Origin: Phoronis australis
Taxonomy: Eukaryota; Animalia; Phoronida
NCBI GenBank assembly: GCA_002633005.1
Contig: NMRA01000045.1
Span: 1,047,552-1,111,551 of the forward strand
Reading direction: 5' to 3'
Length of the DNA stretch: 64,000 nt
How positions within the stretch are numbered: position 1 is the first letter of the stretch; every line of letters begins with the position of its first letter. The translations under genes were made by a program, and so were the position numbers. The notes under the pieces are model-generated. The model ran no database searches. It was not told where the DNA came from and saw nothing but the letters and a program-made list of their open reading frames with translations. Below are positions 51,838 through 64,000 of this stretch, piece by piece.

Positions 51838-54689
51838 ATAAACCATATGTTTTGAGCTCTCTCACCATCGGGGTCAAGCTGTCATCACGTTTTTGTGTCT
51901 TCGCCCTGCAAACGTGAACTCTTAAGTGCATTTAGATTCATGCGTTCAGTTACCTTCCCAAACATCTCAGTGGGGAGAACAATTGAAAGTTGCTTTATAA
52001 GGATTGCAGCTAGACTTTATCGATGACCTGCCCACCACCGGCATAGCAGTTGTAATGGAAATGACGCAAGTGTAAAAGTAAGCAAACACATGGTCTTTGC
52101 GTGCATCAAGATGGATGTTCAGTGCGTAACGAAAACTCGCGAACGTTTGCGGACACGGTCGGTTGCGACGGCCTTTAATAAGTGTTGTAACCTATATTTT
52201 GAAACAGGTATCTGAAATTCAGGTAATCTGTACAGTCCTAATTTCTTCAGGCCAATCCTTTGCTAACAGATCATTCATAAATTACCAAAAATGCCACTAT
52301 CTAACAAATCAATAAGCTACTGTCGCGTGAGCATTCAAAGTGTATATTACCCTTAAAACCAGTTGTCTGTAATAAAGAAGTCTGGGAGGTTGTGATAATA
52401 AATAACAACTCCTATAATGAAGGCTGTCACGTACGTTTTCCCCCTGGATGGAAGTGTGCAGGTCGTTACTGACCGTTGCTAATGATAGCTCACGGTGCGG
52501 TGAAAGACTAATGAATTGGTTCGAGATAATCATTATATTAATCGCGACCGCATGTACGCAAATCTATTCAAACGAAACAACCAACGTAATGCTGTTCTAA
52601 TACTTAAGTCAGTGCTATGAAGCCAATTGACTTGCTATGTCTTGTCACTTTCAGCAACTGCCACAATTTTTTACTGATTCGGTAACCACTGCTATGACTT
52701 GCTGTCTGTAGCTGGTTCACTATTGACTCGACTCAGCAACTGTTAACTCTGTAGCTGCTGCTTCTCTAACAGCTAAATCTGTGACCATCGGCGCAGTGAC
52801 TGACTCTCACTAACTTATGCTTCAGTATTCATAGTATCGTGTAATGTTCTGAGACTTTTCACCGACTTAAGCTCATTCTAAAGCTTACTGGAATCTAGCC
52901 AGTCATTCTACAAACATATTCGAAATTCTTGGGTATTCCAGATCAAGGTTCGACATCAGTCACTGAAACGGTAATTGGAAAACATTAACAAAGTTGCTAT
53001 TCCAATTGTCAGGATAGCTCTTAGAATGTAACGTGACGTAATTAATAACGCAAATAAATAATTTCGATTTCTATTTACAAAAATCTCATAAGCGTGGTTG
53101 TTCCCTTGCGATACATGTACATCTAACGAGTTTGAAAGAGTTCACCTTCTCTGCACAATACATTCATTGCAAACATGCTGGACAATATCATTGGTGAGGA
53201 ACTAAAATCTCGTTTACAATTTAAGAGCTGAAATGGCACTCCTCGTCACATTAGTAGTATTTCAACTAGCTTTTCAAAAGTCTTGCGTTTGATTTAATAT
53301 ATTCAACTAAATTTGCTGGCGAATGTTGCCTTTACCGCACCCTTTTCCAAAGTTATGAATACAAAGCGTTTGTCCATACTCTCGTGTTTTGCGTTTTTCT
53401 GCTTCTATGGAAATACAAGTCTAGCTGAAAAGTTTTACCAAAACTTGTTGTGGCATCAGCATTCTCCTGGTAAACACAAATAATTTCCCTGAAGTTTGAA
53501 CCAAACTTATTTAAACGTAGTGTGGCTCCCAGATTAAAAGTATTTCAACCCTCACCAGTGCTAAAAGTCGTCTTTTCAAGTTCAATGAGCTTGGGCAATT
53601 ACTCTTCAAGCTAACTTTTGTCACCTACTAGTGTAGAATTAATGGTTGAATCCGTTAAAATTAAAATTAAACCAAAGCAGTTCCCCCAGTGTCTCATAAA
53701 GCGAATACTGTGGTGGGTGGCGTTTCCCCCACACTCGTCGACAAGCTGGCTCTAATTAGTGTTAGTTTCTTTTGCTGGTTTACCAACCTTTGTATAGTTT
53801 TCAAATTTCAGTGATCTAATCGTAGTTATCATATTCTGTCAAAAGGCAGCTGGGTTTAGTTTTTATGAAAAGTAGTCTGCGATCAGCCCAAACGGGTGCA
53901 ATCGAGCTCACAACCACAAAGGTGGCTGTCTCTCACTTTCCTGGCGGAGCTAAGCTCCTCTCGAGTACTTTAGGCTCTGTTACAACGCCACGTGTATGGA
54001 AAAGTAGTCCTGTGGAATGATGATGAACGACACGTAGAATTCCGTTGTGTGGGCGTCAGTGAGCAGTTCGGACGTTTGTCGAATACATATGGTACGGGTA
54101 TGAGCCGGAAAGCATAGTGAATCATTTTGTTGTTTTCCTTGACTCTTTGCAACTATGCATGTATCAAAAAAACAAGAACTTGTTTGGAATACAGCGATTT
54201 AGTCTGTTTTTGTGGTTGTGGCACCCGCAATTCACACAGGCATTTCTCAATAGATCGAGCAGTACTGGTGTATTTTTCAAAATAAACCAATCGGAATGTT
54301 TTTATGTTTATTCTCCAACCAATCGAAATGTCCAAATTGTAGATTGTTATGTCAGTCAGTTAGAAGACACGTCTTATGATCTTTTCCCAGTGCTACGAGA
54401 GGTAGCGCTGGGAAGGCTTGTAGACTATTTTAAGCGTGATTCGTAACGTCAACGGACTTGATTACAGCAATTTGCAACATAACCACAAAACACAACGGAC
54501 CGAGATGTTTTATAGTTCTAGGCAAAGCCAACAACTTCAGCAAAAGCAACGCGGAGCTTCAATATGCACTCACCGTGTGCATCGCATACAGCACAAATAC
54601 AGTTGGCGATTACTAGTTTTGCCATTCCCACATAAGGTAGTAAACTTAAAATAGCATCTATGTCTATGGGTGCATATTAAGTCAGCAAT

Positions 54690-55860
54690 AGGAACACACT
54701 TGTCAAGATCGTAAAACAATTAAAACTGCCACGAGGGGTCACTGCGGTCAAGCAGGCATCACCTGTTGGCACTTTCGTAGCAATACCTATGCAGGGGTTT
54801 TGGAAATATAGCTGCAGATGACAAAAAAAAGCAAACTGCCTCTGGGAGGGGGAGGCACAGCAGTCAAAATTGCACAAAAATCGTGATTAGCCAACCTCTT
54901 CCTAGTATTAACACATGTCACTCTTCATGACGATTTTGGAGTGGTTTAGCCGATAGAGAGATGGAAGCCATAAACAGATTCAAAAATTCAAATCCATCTC
55001 AAAACGGGAAGGTCTCATCGCCTCTTGAATAGAAGCCTGTGTGTTAACTTTCAAAAAAAAAATCCGTCAAGAAACTCCAAAAGATACAGTGGAAAACAGA
55101 AAAAATGCCACGAGGGGGCACAGCGGTAGTCGGATCTATCCGAAAGTCATGTCATCTATTGCCATTTTTATACAAATCATACATTTGTCAAATTTAACAA
55201 AAGATCTCGCAAAGGGCTTAGGAGATAGCCAGCGGCGCAAGCAAAAGCTGCCACTTGGAGGTGCCACAATTGTCGGAGTCGTCCAAAAATCATCTTCAGT
55301 CGCCCTCTTCCCAATAGAGACATGCATGCCAATTGTCATAATCATTCTAGGAGTGCTTCGGCCAATAGAGAGAGAGAGAGAGAAACTTTTTTTTTAATCA
55401 GATAAAAAATAGATTATTATATGACTGGGTGGCCAGCAAAGGCACGGGCCGCTACTAGCTGTCCACCGAGCAACAATAAATTAAATAGAGCGGCGTACGC
55501 CAAAACTGACTCGAAAACAGTAAGTATGGCCATTAGGAGGCGCAAAATACGTCGAATCCATCCACGGCGTCATCTGTTCTATAGATTCCTGTTTGATAAA
55601 TTTCATGAAAATTCTTTAAAGAATGGCGAAGGTACAGAGGCAGACGAACTCCGAAGATACAGAGGCAAACGTAAAAGAAATACACTAGCCACTAGGGGGC
55701 ACATCGGTGGTCGGATGTATCTGAAAATTTGCCCATGCCGTCCTAACCGTGAAAAAAACACATGTGCAAAAATTCCATACATCCAGGGATTTTGGAGATA
55801 CAGCAGTAGACTCCGGATGGAGGGAGAGTGATGACGGTATAATGCGCCCACACATAAATA
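54690..55860 (+). repeat. Diverged tandem-unit repeat (~110-160-bp units) carrying CTCF-like motifs
   Basis: GCCACGAGGGGTCAC (54728), GCCACGAGGGGGCAC (55107), GCCACTTGGAGGTGCC (55250), GCCATTAGGAGGCGC (55529) and GCCACTAGGGGGCAC (55688), with similar flanks. Confidence 0.65.
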
Positions 55861-58800
55861 TGGGACCATAAAAAGTCTATCCCATCCAATAATAATCCGA
55901 GGATTGCGTTTTTTTACCGTAAAACCGATTGTGTCCCTTTAAGAAACAAGAACGACACCTATGGAGCAATGGTTTCGCCAACGATTTTTGTTAATGCAAA
56001 ATTTGTGATATATGTCTGCGTACACATGTCTCTTCGACTTTGCAGTATATTATATCGTCTCGTAGCTTACAGGAACTCATAAAGACTTTTTGATTACCGA
56101 AAGAGGTTAATTACAACTACTTGTTCTACTTTAAATTATACATGTCGCGGGCATTTTCCCAATCCGATTGGTCGAATGTGTGCAGTGACGGCCATTTCGT
56201 AATGGCTCGCGTTTCGTAAATCTGGAATAAATTTGCAGTAATTATTACGTAGCGTCGCGTTTCCATCCATTGCACAAGGTCCTTGATGACAACGCAGTAA
56301 TTATCTCACAATTTTGCCTAACAGCAGAATTTAGCAGGACTACCAATTAATGTAGCTGGGTATTCTAGTTTCTTATTATCGGCTATTGTCATTGCGTAAC
56401 ATTAAAATACTTGCTGAGCACTGAAGTGAGCCAATTTTCACCTTTTATGACGAAACCTAGATAACATTTGACCTTTTATTGACGCATTGTGATACCGATA
56501 AGCTAATGTCACGAAAGGGCGTTCTCAGCATGAAAATTGTCGTTATACCAAGGGAAACCGTGAGTTAAGTAAGCTGTCCCTGAGTTATGTACACGAAGAT
56601 CAACTTCAAATTCGACAAATGACTGCATGGCATGCTTCGAGAAATTTATATTAAAATAATTCCAGGTCAGAATTCGCCCTGGCTTGATGCACTCACCTAC
56701 TTCATTCATTTTTTACAACAAATTGGTGTTTTTTCATATAAACAACTGGTTCCTGAAGGACCTTGATTGCAACATTTACATGTCTTTTTTCATGCTCTTT
56801 ATGCTCAAAATGATTCAAAATATTTATACCACCCATAAAATGACCTCAAGGGAATTCCCCACAAATTTCTTGCCGGCTTGGAGATTTTTGAATTAATTAG
56901 TAAATCGCATGTCAGTGCAGTATCGAATTAAATTTGCATGTTGTCTTTCGAAGTATTGACATTTCTGTGTGCTATTCCATGTACACGAAATATCACCGTA
57001 CATACTTGTGACATCGCAAGTCAGCACTAAAATCCTAGATGGAGTTGCAAGACATTCTTCTTTGGATAAATATTCAAAGGCGATATCTAAAAAATTAAAA
57101 TGATTTTCTAATTCAAAATACCTAATCGAAAGTTAATCGCTTCAATGCAACAACGATTAGTGCACGCGTTTCGATTCGAGAATGAAGTACCTAGTTAAAG
57201 TTCTATACTGACTTTAATGAAAACCACTCAAGGAAATTGAAATTTGTCACAACTCATTACGGTTGTCTCAGGTGCATCAAACGATAGATTTATGCATTGG
57301 ATTGTTTACTTCGCCGTGAACCATTTGCGCAAGTGCTAAAGAACAATCATAAGTTAACGCAACTACGTGTTGTTACGTGAAGTGGTCGTTAGTATTGACT
57401 CAAATCAATAATGTTGACAACTAGAAAGAAATCGATTTTGTATATCTAGTATGCTTATTTTTCACCGAAAATTTGATTTCTAAATTAAAAACAAATATTT
57501 CTGTGGGAAGATATCAGGAGGAGTAATCAAAACGAGTTCTTAGTAAAACACAATGTTGATGGTAAACAAAAAACTGTCCAGTGGTCAAAGGATTTGTCAC
57601 ACTATAGTCGTGTGAATACATACTGGTGTCAACAAGCTGTGCATGTTGATTTAAGAAATGTGTAGGGTTAGATGATATATGTCTTAACAAAGCTACTGTC
57701 AGTCATCCTCCACCACGGTCCGCACAGGCGTCCATATTACCATTGTGCCCTTCTCGTTCGACACCACTTGCAACACTGGTTGATTTATAGAACACTTTAA
57801 TGTTACGTTTCATTACAAATAACACATAAAAACAAAAATGATTATTTTGATTTGGCTTTGTTATTATGGTGGTAATGATAGCACGCGACATCATATTTCA
57901 CAGTGACGTCATACTGAACTATACGCAAATCCAAGTGCAGACATTAGGTGGGACTTAATTTAAGCCGTGAATTTGAATTGATTAAAGAAAAAAAAAAACT
58001 TCGCGTCAATTTCATTTATTTCACAATCTCATCAAAGTCACCTAATCGCCATGATCGTAAATGTGTTTAAGTTGGCGCGCTTTTCACAAGGTCATCTTGC
58101 GCATTCTTATCTCATGCTGTTTGAGCTAAAATAGCTAAAAAAAAAAACGAAGTCAGTCGTCAATGACTGTTTTTCTTGTTTCATAAATAACACGAAGGGT
58201 ATCAAACTAAACCGCAAAAGAAAAAAGATAACTGTGTATCTTCTTTTGTAGAAATCAATTAAAGTTGACAATAAAATTTGAGGTAATCGAAATACGGAAA
58301 AAAACGTTTATTTATGCCGACGTTTGAAAATCAGCCAACCGGAAAATATGACTTCAGTCGTTAAAACAAAACTGACATCAAACAACGAAATTAAACTGTT
58401 TTCAAAAGGATTTCAAAGTTGAGGTGGTTTTCAGCAACCCGCTGAACCTTCATATCAAAATGTGACTGCACTTGGCTTACAAAAGGCACAATTCTCAAAA
58501 TATTACAGATGCATTTCACGATATTTGTGCCGTGGATACAGAATTTTAAAAGCTGCTAACCAGTGACGAAAATTAACTTTTTGGAGTTGAAAGATCTTGC
58601 TTCTGATATTTTTAAAGCTATCTAAATTTTAGTTGTTTTCTTAAATAATTTCGAACATCATTTATTAATGAAAAACGCATCAATAACATAACCTGTTTGT
58701 TATAGACAACAAGTAAGATATGACAAGAATATCCAAAGAAAGTAGTAATTTTTTTTCTAATTAGACAAAATAATTTATTTTTGTCATGTCCGCAACAGAT

Positions 58801-59439
58801 GATGGCACAAAATTTTTAAAAATAGAATAGATTTTAACTGCAAATTTGGTAAATTTTCTTTTTCTCTTGCTTCTACTAGACACGTATCTACTCTGGCTAC
58901 TGCCAAAGGTTAATAAAGAGTCGTGGAACGTGAAAACCTGTAAAACTACTTTTTAACCAGATCGTGGCAAATGTACCTTTTGAAGATGCTAACATGGAAA
59001 TATTATTAAAAAATCGTCAGATTCACTATTTTTGAAACGCAGACGAAGTAAACATTCTTTTATCCTAATACAGTTTTCAGATTCTCCGCTCCTGACAATA
59101 TGGGCGCATGTGCTCAAAGACGTCGGTCTGGCTGCGGGGGCTTGAAATAGCCACATTTTGCTTACATCAAAGGTCAAAAGTCACATTTTCCAAAAAAAAA
59201 TTAAAGTGTCTGGGCCCAGTTGCATAAAGTTATACGCTGCATAACAACAATGACGTCGCATTATCACGCGCCACGTTATTGTTGAACGATGCACCTGACG
59301 TCATGCAACAATCAAACTTATCCAGCGGATAATTTTGAAGTTTTAAGCAACCCAACCCTGTTGAACAGTTTGACTTCTGCTTCAGTGACAGAGGAGCACT
59401 TTGATTGCAATGCATTCTATGGAATAAGGTAGTTACTTA

Positions 59440-59695
59440 TCAGTGACCTGTTTGTGTTTGCTGACCTAGCTTTCAGGCCCGTCCTAGGCCCTTCGTCAGG
59501 GTGCTGGCGGGAGTCTTCGTGTCACATGGTCACAAGTGGGTGGTCCTTGACGGTTATCAGATATCACCTGGTGGCTGTTACTTGCGAGGAGGCGCTGGCA
59601 AATAGCTGGTAATTCCTATTTCCTGACTCTCTTCAATTTTGTTTTATTTCTCATGATTTCGACTGCTTCTCTGATTTTATGATTCCATTATTTAC
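59440..59695 (-). mobile_element. 3' end of a Penelope-like element (GIY-YIG tail + terminal repeat)
   Basis: Minus strand KIREAVEIMRNKTKLKRVRK*ELPAICQRLL (cf. RKIREAIEI.....LNRD.G..LP.IY..LL), followed by a hammerhead motif. Confidence 0.75.
59460..59505 (-). ncRNA. Minimal type I hammerhead ribozyme motif (Penelope-associated)
   Basis: 5'-GCACC CUGACGA a GGGCCU-AGGAC-GGGCCU GAA AGCU A GGUCAGC-3': conserved core, 6-bp stem II (two G-U pairs), palindromic AGCU stem III, stem I ACC/GGU. Confidence 0.65.
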
Positions 59696-59784
59696 TTTCT
59701 GTAGATAGTATTTTGACTGGGTCCGCAAACATTAACAGGTCGCCGACAGGTAACTACTGTATTGCCTATACCATGTAACGCCGC

Positions 59785-59937
59785 CAGTGGCGGATTTAAA
59801 GGGAGGGCCAAGGGGGCCATGGCCCCCTGAAATACTCCCAGATTCCATTTGGCAGTTCGGGGGTGTAAATATCTGACTGGCAAAATCATGGCATATACTC
59901 TGCCCCCCCTCAACTCAAAATCCTGGATCCGCCCCTA
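59785..59937. mobile_element. MITE family B (153 bp)
   Basis: CAGTGGCGGAT...ATCCGCCCCTA termini; flanks GCCGC/GCCGT may be a 5-bp target duplication. Confidence 0.8.
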
Positions 59938-60956
59938 GCCGTCAACCGTGAACATTCATTATATCGCAATTAAATCTGTTTTTCATGTTCTATACCACTT
60001 TAAAAATTAGCACCTTTAGTATTATCAAAGAATCTGGCAAATGTTTAACATGAATGGAAATGAAATCTCCCAAGTACGCAAGAAAACGTAGCAGACGCGA
60101 CAAAATGACTGCTACATGACAAGGAATTAAACACTGCAATCCACATTTTCTCAACTAATAATCCATATCAATTATTTTAAAAACTTCACTTTTGTGTTTT
60201 GATGGTGAGTTTATAGGTCGTTTGCGGTTTAAACCTTGGTTTGATATTAGTAGATATAAGTATTAATTTTTAAATTTTCTTAATGAGAAATAAGAATGGA
60301 GTGTCTCTGTTGCACTTGAATTATAACAACTTTGTTTTACATGTCTGAAAAAACATGGTCGTTCGACAACATTTAATACGGAATTTTTTAGCTTTCATTT
60401 GCACCAAAATGTAGTTTGAATGTCTATAGTAGATCAAAATTATACCACATCATCAGCCTGATGTTGCAAATACAACCGTTAAATAACCCATTAGCAGGAA
60501 AGTGAATAGCGGCAATACGTTCGCTGTCAAGTAGTTACAAAATCCTAGCAAACAACAATTTTATATCACTTTGATAAATACTATATGAAAAACATCACCT
60601 TTTCACGTCACCTGACAAGTGAGTCTCGTTTCGTTTTACAACGATTGCTGTGGTGCGTTGGCCCTGAAAGGAACTTGTTTAACGAAATCAGAATTAAGGG
60701 ACTGGGATGTATTTAAGTGTAATGAGATGGATGAATGACACCGACTTATTGGCAGCAACAATTACCAAACTAGAACTCAATCTCCTTTAGTTCTAATGCT
60801 TTAGTATGTGACACACCAACAGACACGGTGTTCTGGGATTTCATTTTCAATACAGCATTTTTAGCAGCAGAATTCTGTTGCTCCACTTATTGTTTACTTG
60901 TGCTTCTGCAGGTTACAGTGGCCAGTTATCACTTGTATTACCACTTGCAGATGAGA

Positions 60957-61102
60957 CCTGGCGTACGTTCAGTAACGCTAGGACCTAGCTAAAATCTAGA
61001 CACAGTCACGTGTTGTCATTTAAAATGCACGGCAATATCTCGCGTAATCTCGCAAAGTCTTGCTTTTTAGCGAGGCGCTAGTGTTACTGAACAGAAGGCT
61101 GG
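60957..61102 (+). mobile_element. MITE family A copy
   Basis: CGTTCAGTAACGCTAG...CTAGTGTTACTGAAC inverted ends; body shared with 61345-61502. Confidence 0.85.
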
Positions 61103-61344
61103 TCAGACTCAGAAGCTTGGTAGTAAGAGTACGAGCTACCCAGTTCACCACCTCTTTTGTTCTTCTGCAGTCACTTCAGTTAGCCTAAGATGTTTTCCGT
61201 CGTTTTAATTATCAAATGACGAGTCCTTTATTCCAAAAACAAAGGAGGCATAAAAGACAGGTAATATTGGTCCAGGTCCTTGAAATTCAGTTTGGCTAAT
61301 CGATCAGCTGCCTCGTTACCCTGGATACCTGGGTGGCCAGGAGT

Positions 61345-61502
61345 CCAGGCGTGCGTTCAGTCACGCCAGGACCTACGCTAGGACCTAGCTAAAGTCTAGT
61401 TAAAGTCACGTGTTCTCATTTAAAACACACGGCAATGCCTCACGTAATCTCGCGAAGTCTTGCTTTTTAACGAGGTCCTAGCGTTACTAAACGGGAGGCA
61501 GG
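61345..61502 (+). mobile_element. MITE family A copy
   Basis: CCAGGCGTGCGTTCAGT...CTAGCGTTACTAAACGGGAGGCAGG. Confidence 0.85.
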
Positions 61503-61808
61503 CAACGGTGATACGACGATTATATTTACCTTAATTATTTAGGTTAGTCATATATTGCTAGACAATATGTGATTTCACTATAGCATGTTTAAGGCTTTAA
61601 TATCTCCCCGGCTATCTGACAAGTAAGCAATCGATTTTTGGATTCCCTTTTCGAATAGTTGTTCCGTAACTTTAGTAATTTCTAATTCTTAATATGTCCA
61701 GTATAAATTCACAGTTCTATCGCGTCATGGGCTGTCTTTAAACTCAAAAAATGATTTCACACACTAAGTTGTCGTATAAAGTAACTCACACATTCATGAT
61801 GCTTTCAG

Positions 61809-61900
61809 CATTGAAGATTCACATCAGCAAAGAAACATTTATAACTCTGAGTGAACAAGCCAAGTTCGACATGTCGCCGCGAGGGGAAATAGAGATTAAG
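61809..61900 (+). CDS. NIT-domain receptor guanylyl cyclase, coding exon 5 (gene continues beyond the window)
   Basis: gctttcag|CA; (A)LKIHISKETFITLSEQAKFDMSPRGEIEIK; donor AAG|gtacac, phase 0 just before the expected GKG..TYWL exon, which was not found in 61901-64000. Confidence 0.92.
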
Positions 61901-64000
61901 GTACACGTGCTTTTTGTTTAATTTTACATTAATTCTAATTATGAGATATTCTAAAAATATAGAGACAGTAATTTTACTAACTTCTGATCAGGAAAGAGTG
62001 ATTGTCATTGTATTTCAACTGTTTGTGCGCGTGTCAGTTGCTTTTGAGTCACGCGTCCGAATTTGCGAAGCCGACTGATAGTGAGAAACAACCCGGCTTG
62101 AAAAAATGGCCCACCATCTTTTCGTTCGGGGCATACGTTTTATCTATGTTTCAAATGGCTCGGTGTTATTTTTCGTTTGGTTTCCTTCCGCTTTTGCTAT
62201 GATTTCGACATTAAACTGCCAGACGGATTCGATCTTTGGACGGCGGTAGGCTACATACCCTTACAAGAACTAGTTCCATTAGACCAAAGAGTGTGTCGAT
62301 GGTGAGGTCAAAGTTTCGATTGGCGAGTCGTCTTTAGCTGATAGGCTCCGGCTTTGAATTAATTTAAATGTCAATTCCAGGGCTTAGATTGTTTTTTAAC
62401 TACGCGCTGTCGGTGTTGTCCAATCAGTAATACATGTTAAAACATGTGACTATAATTACTGTTTATCATGTTCCCTGAAGTCTCTTGTTCTCATCCGACA
62501 TGAACTAGGCGACAACGCGTTTTACGAAGACTTTACTGCTGTACGTCTTTTGGATTTCAATGAATAAGGGGTCATGAATGGAGATGACCAATGTAAAAGT
62601 AAATTACATTGTCCAAGCGGAGATAGAACACCACACCGATAACAAATTTATTGATTTGTCTGTCATTTACGGCAGCGCCCAGCAACGTCAAAGAATATGC
62701 TATAATACCATGTTTTGTTTACGGCATCCAATTTCAGGTGATATTAATTTCTGACAATCGTTAACTTCATATCACACACATGTGCCAACAAGTCAAAACA
62801 AACTGAAAAAATAAACACTGATATTTGCTCGGCAAATTGCTTTTTTGAGTATGTGCCCAAGGGGTCCAATCGAAGAGACGATTTTGTTTTTTCCGTGATG
62901 CAATTGCCATAATATGAAACTCGATACTTTTACTGCACCAGACTATTATTGATGGCAGTTGCAAAATGCATTTTAATGATTCTACCTAAATACTCTTGGT
63001 TCAAGTGTGCCGAAATGGGAACGGCTCCATGAAGTTGTGCGCAATTTTCAAGCTCATTGGTGTTGTAAACAACAGAAAAGGCCCGCAATTTCTTCTAGTG
63101 AATATGTTGTTCAAAGAAAACCTGTATAGAAATGCCGAGAATCTGATCTCAGATTATTAGTTGTCTAGGTTGGCCATTGCTTGACCTTGGGCATTGCAGT
63201 ACAGCACAAATGCCATTCGCATTATCCATGGTTTTGCTCTGTAGGAAATTTCCCCCACAAAACCAAAACGTAACAATCTCACTGTGACTTAATAATGTAT
63301 TTAACCATCGGCGTTGTGGACTTCTGAAACTGGACCAATTCGGTGGCATTTAACACTTACAAACACATGCTCCTCGACTGGTTATCAACTTTTCCAAAAT
63401 TTGGCGAGACGCTTTATGTTGATCGCAGAAAATATTTGTTCTATATGTTTACGCCGCGTGTGGGAAGCACGTGTCCGTTAACCGTAAGCGCTTAGAATAA
63501 CTCACATCATCAGGGATGCGTTCTGCTGTCGCTGTGCCGGATTAAAGAGGCCTTAAGCCATCCGTATGCTAGTCCAGTCCGGCTGTCCTCATCGACTAAT
63601 CTGATGTAAATTATGTATACATATTTAGTTCAGTTCGTGTAATTTGAATACAAATTGGAGTAAACCAAACAATTTAAAAGTTGAGATAACCAATGTATTC
63701 CGCCTACAGGAAAAGCTCTCACTATCATACTAGAGTGAGCATTTATTCAAATGCACATTAGCTTGTGCGTTAAACGTGATTCGCCATGCTATTTACTGCC
63801 CATGATTTTGCGAAGTTCCATTTTCTTGATTTTACGGAGGAAAAATCTTGGATTATATTTCTGTAATCGAGACCTCGTGCCTTTTCTCTTTCCATTCACA
63901 CAACGGCTAATTCGGGTATTTTTTTATTGAGACATCTCACCAGACTCTTTATTCGTTTGAGTTGACCATGAGATTCAAAAGCATCCTCAACACAGATTTT

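Overview
Eukaryotic, intron-rich and repeat-rich animal DNA, probably a marine invertebrate. This is inferred from the gene and transposon families; the species cannot be determined. Most ORFs in the track are spurious. Three genes are well supported. (1) A complete 3-exon minus-strand gene (9229/9193 to 1352) encodes a secreted signal peptide + PAN/apple + F-type lectin protein with a non-canonical fucose-binding motif. (2) A U1 snRNA gene (12673 to 12509, minus) has a PSE-like element and an atypical stem-loop I loop. (3) A plus-strand NIT-domain receptor guanylyl cyclase (TM-NIT-TM-coiled coil-cyclase, no kinase-homology domain) has five coding exons traced in phase between 30262 and 61900; its last exon lies beyond the window. 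The rest is mostly decayed mobile elements: Kolobok, BEL/Pao, Penelope-like, HERO-like, L1/Tx1-like, probable Academ/Crypton/piggyBac, a tRNA-SINE and several MITE families, plus microsatellites and one assembly gap. Notable non-coding signals are a heat-shock-element cluster plus TATA in an LTR-like insert antisense within the lectin gene, a minimal hammerhead ribozyme in a Penelope remnant, and repeat-borne arrays of CTCF-like and RFX X-box-like motifs. All calls were made by eye; no database searches were run.
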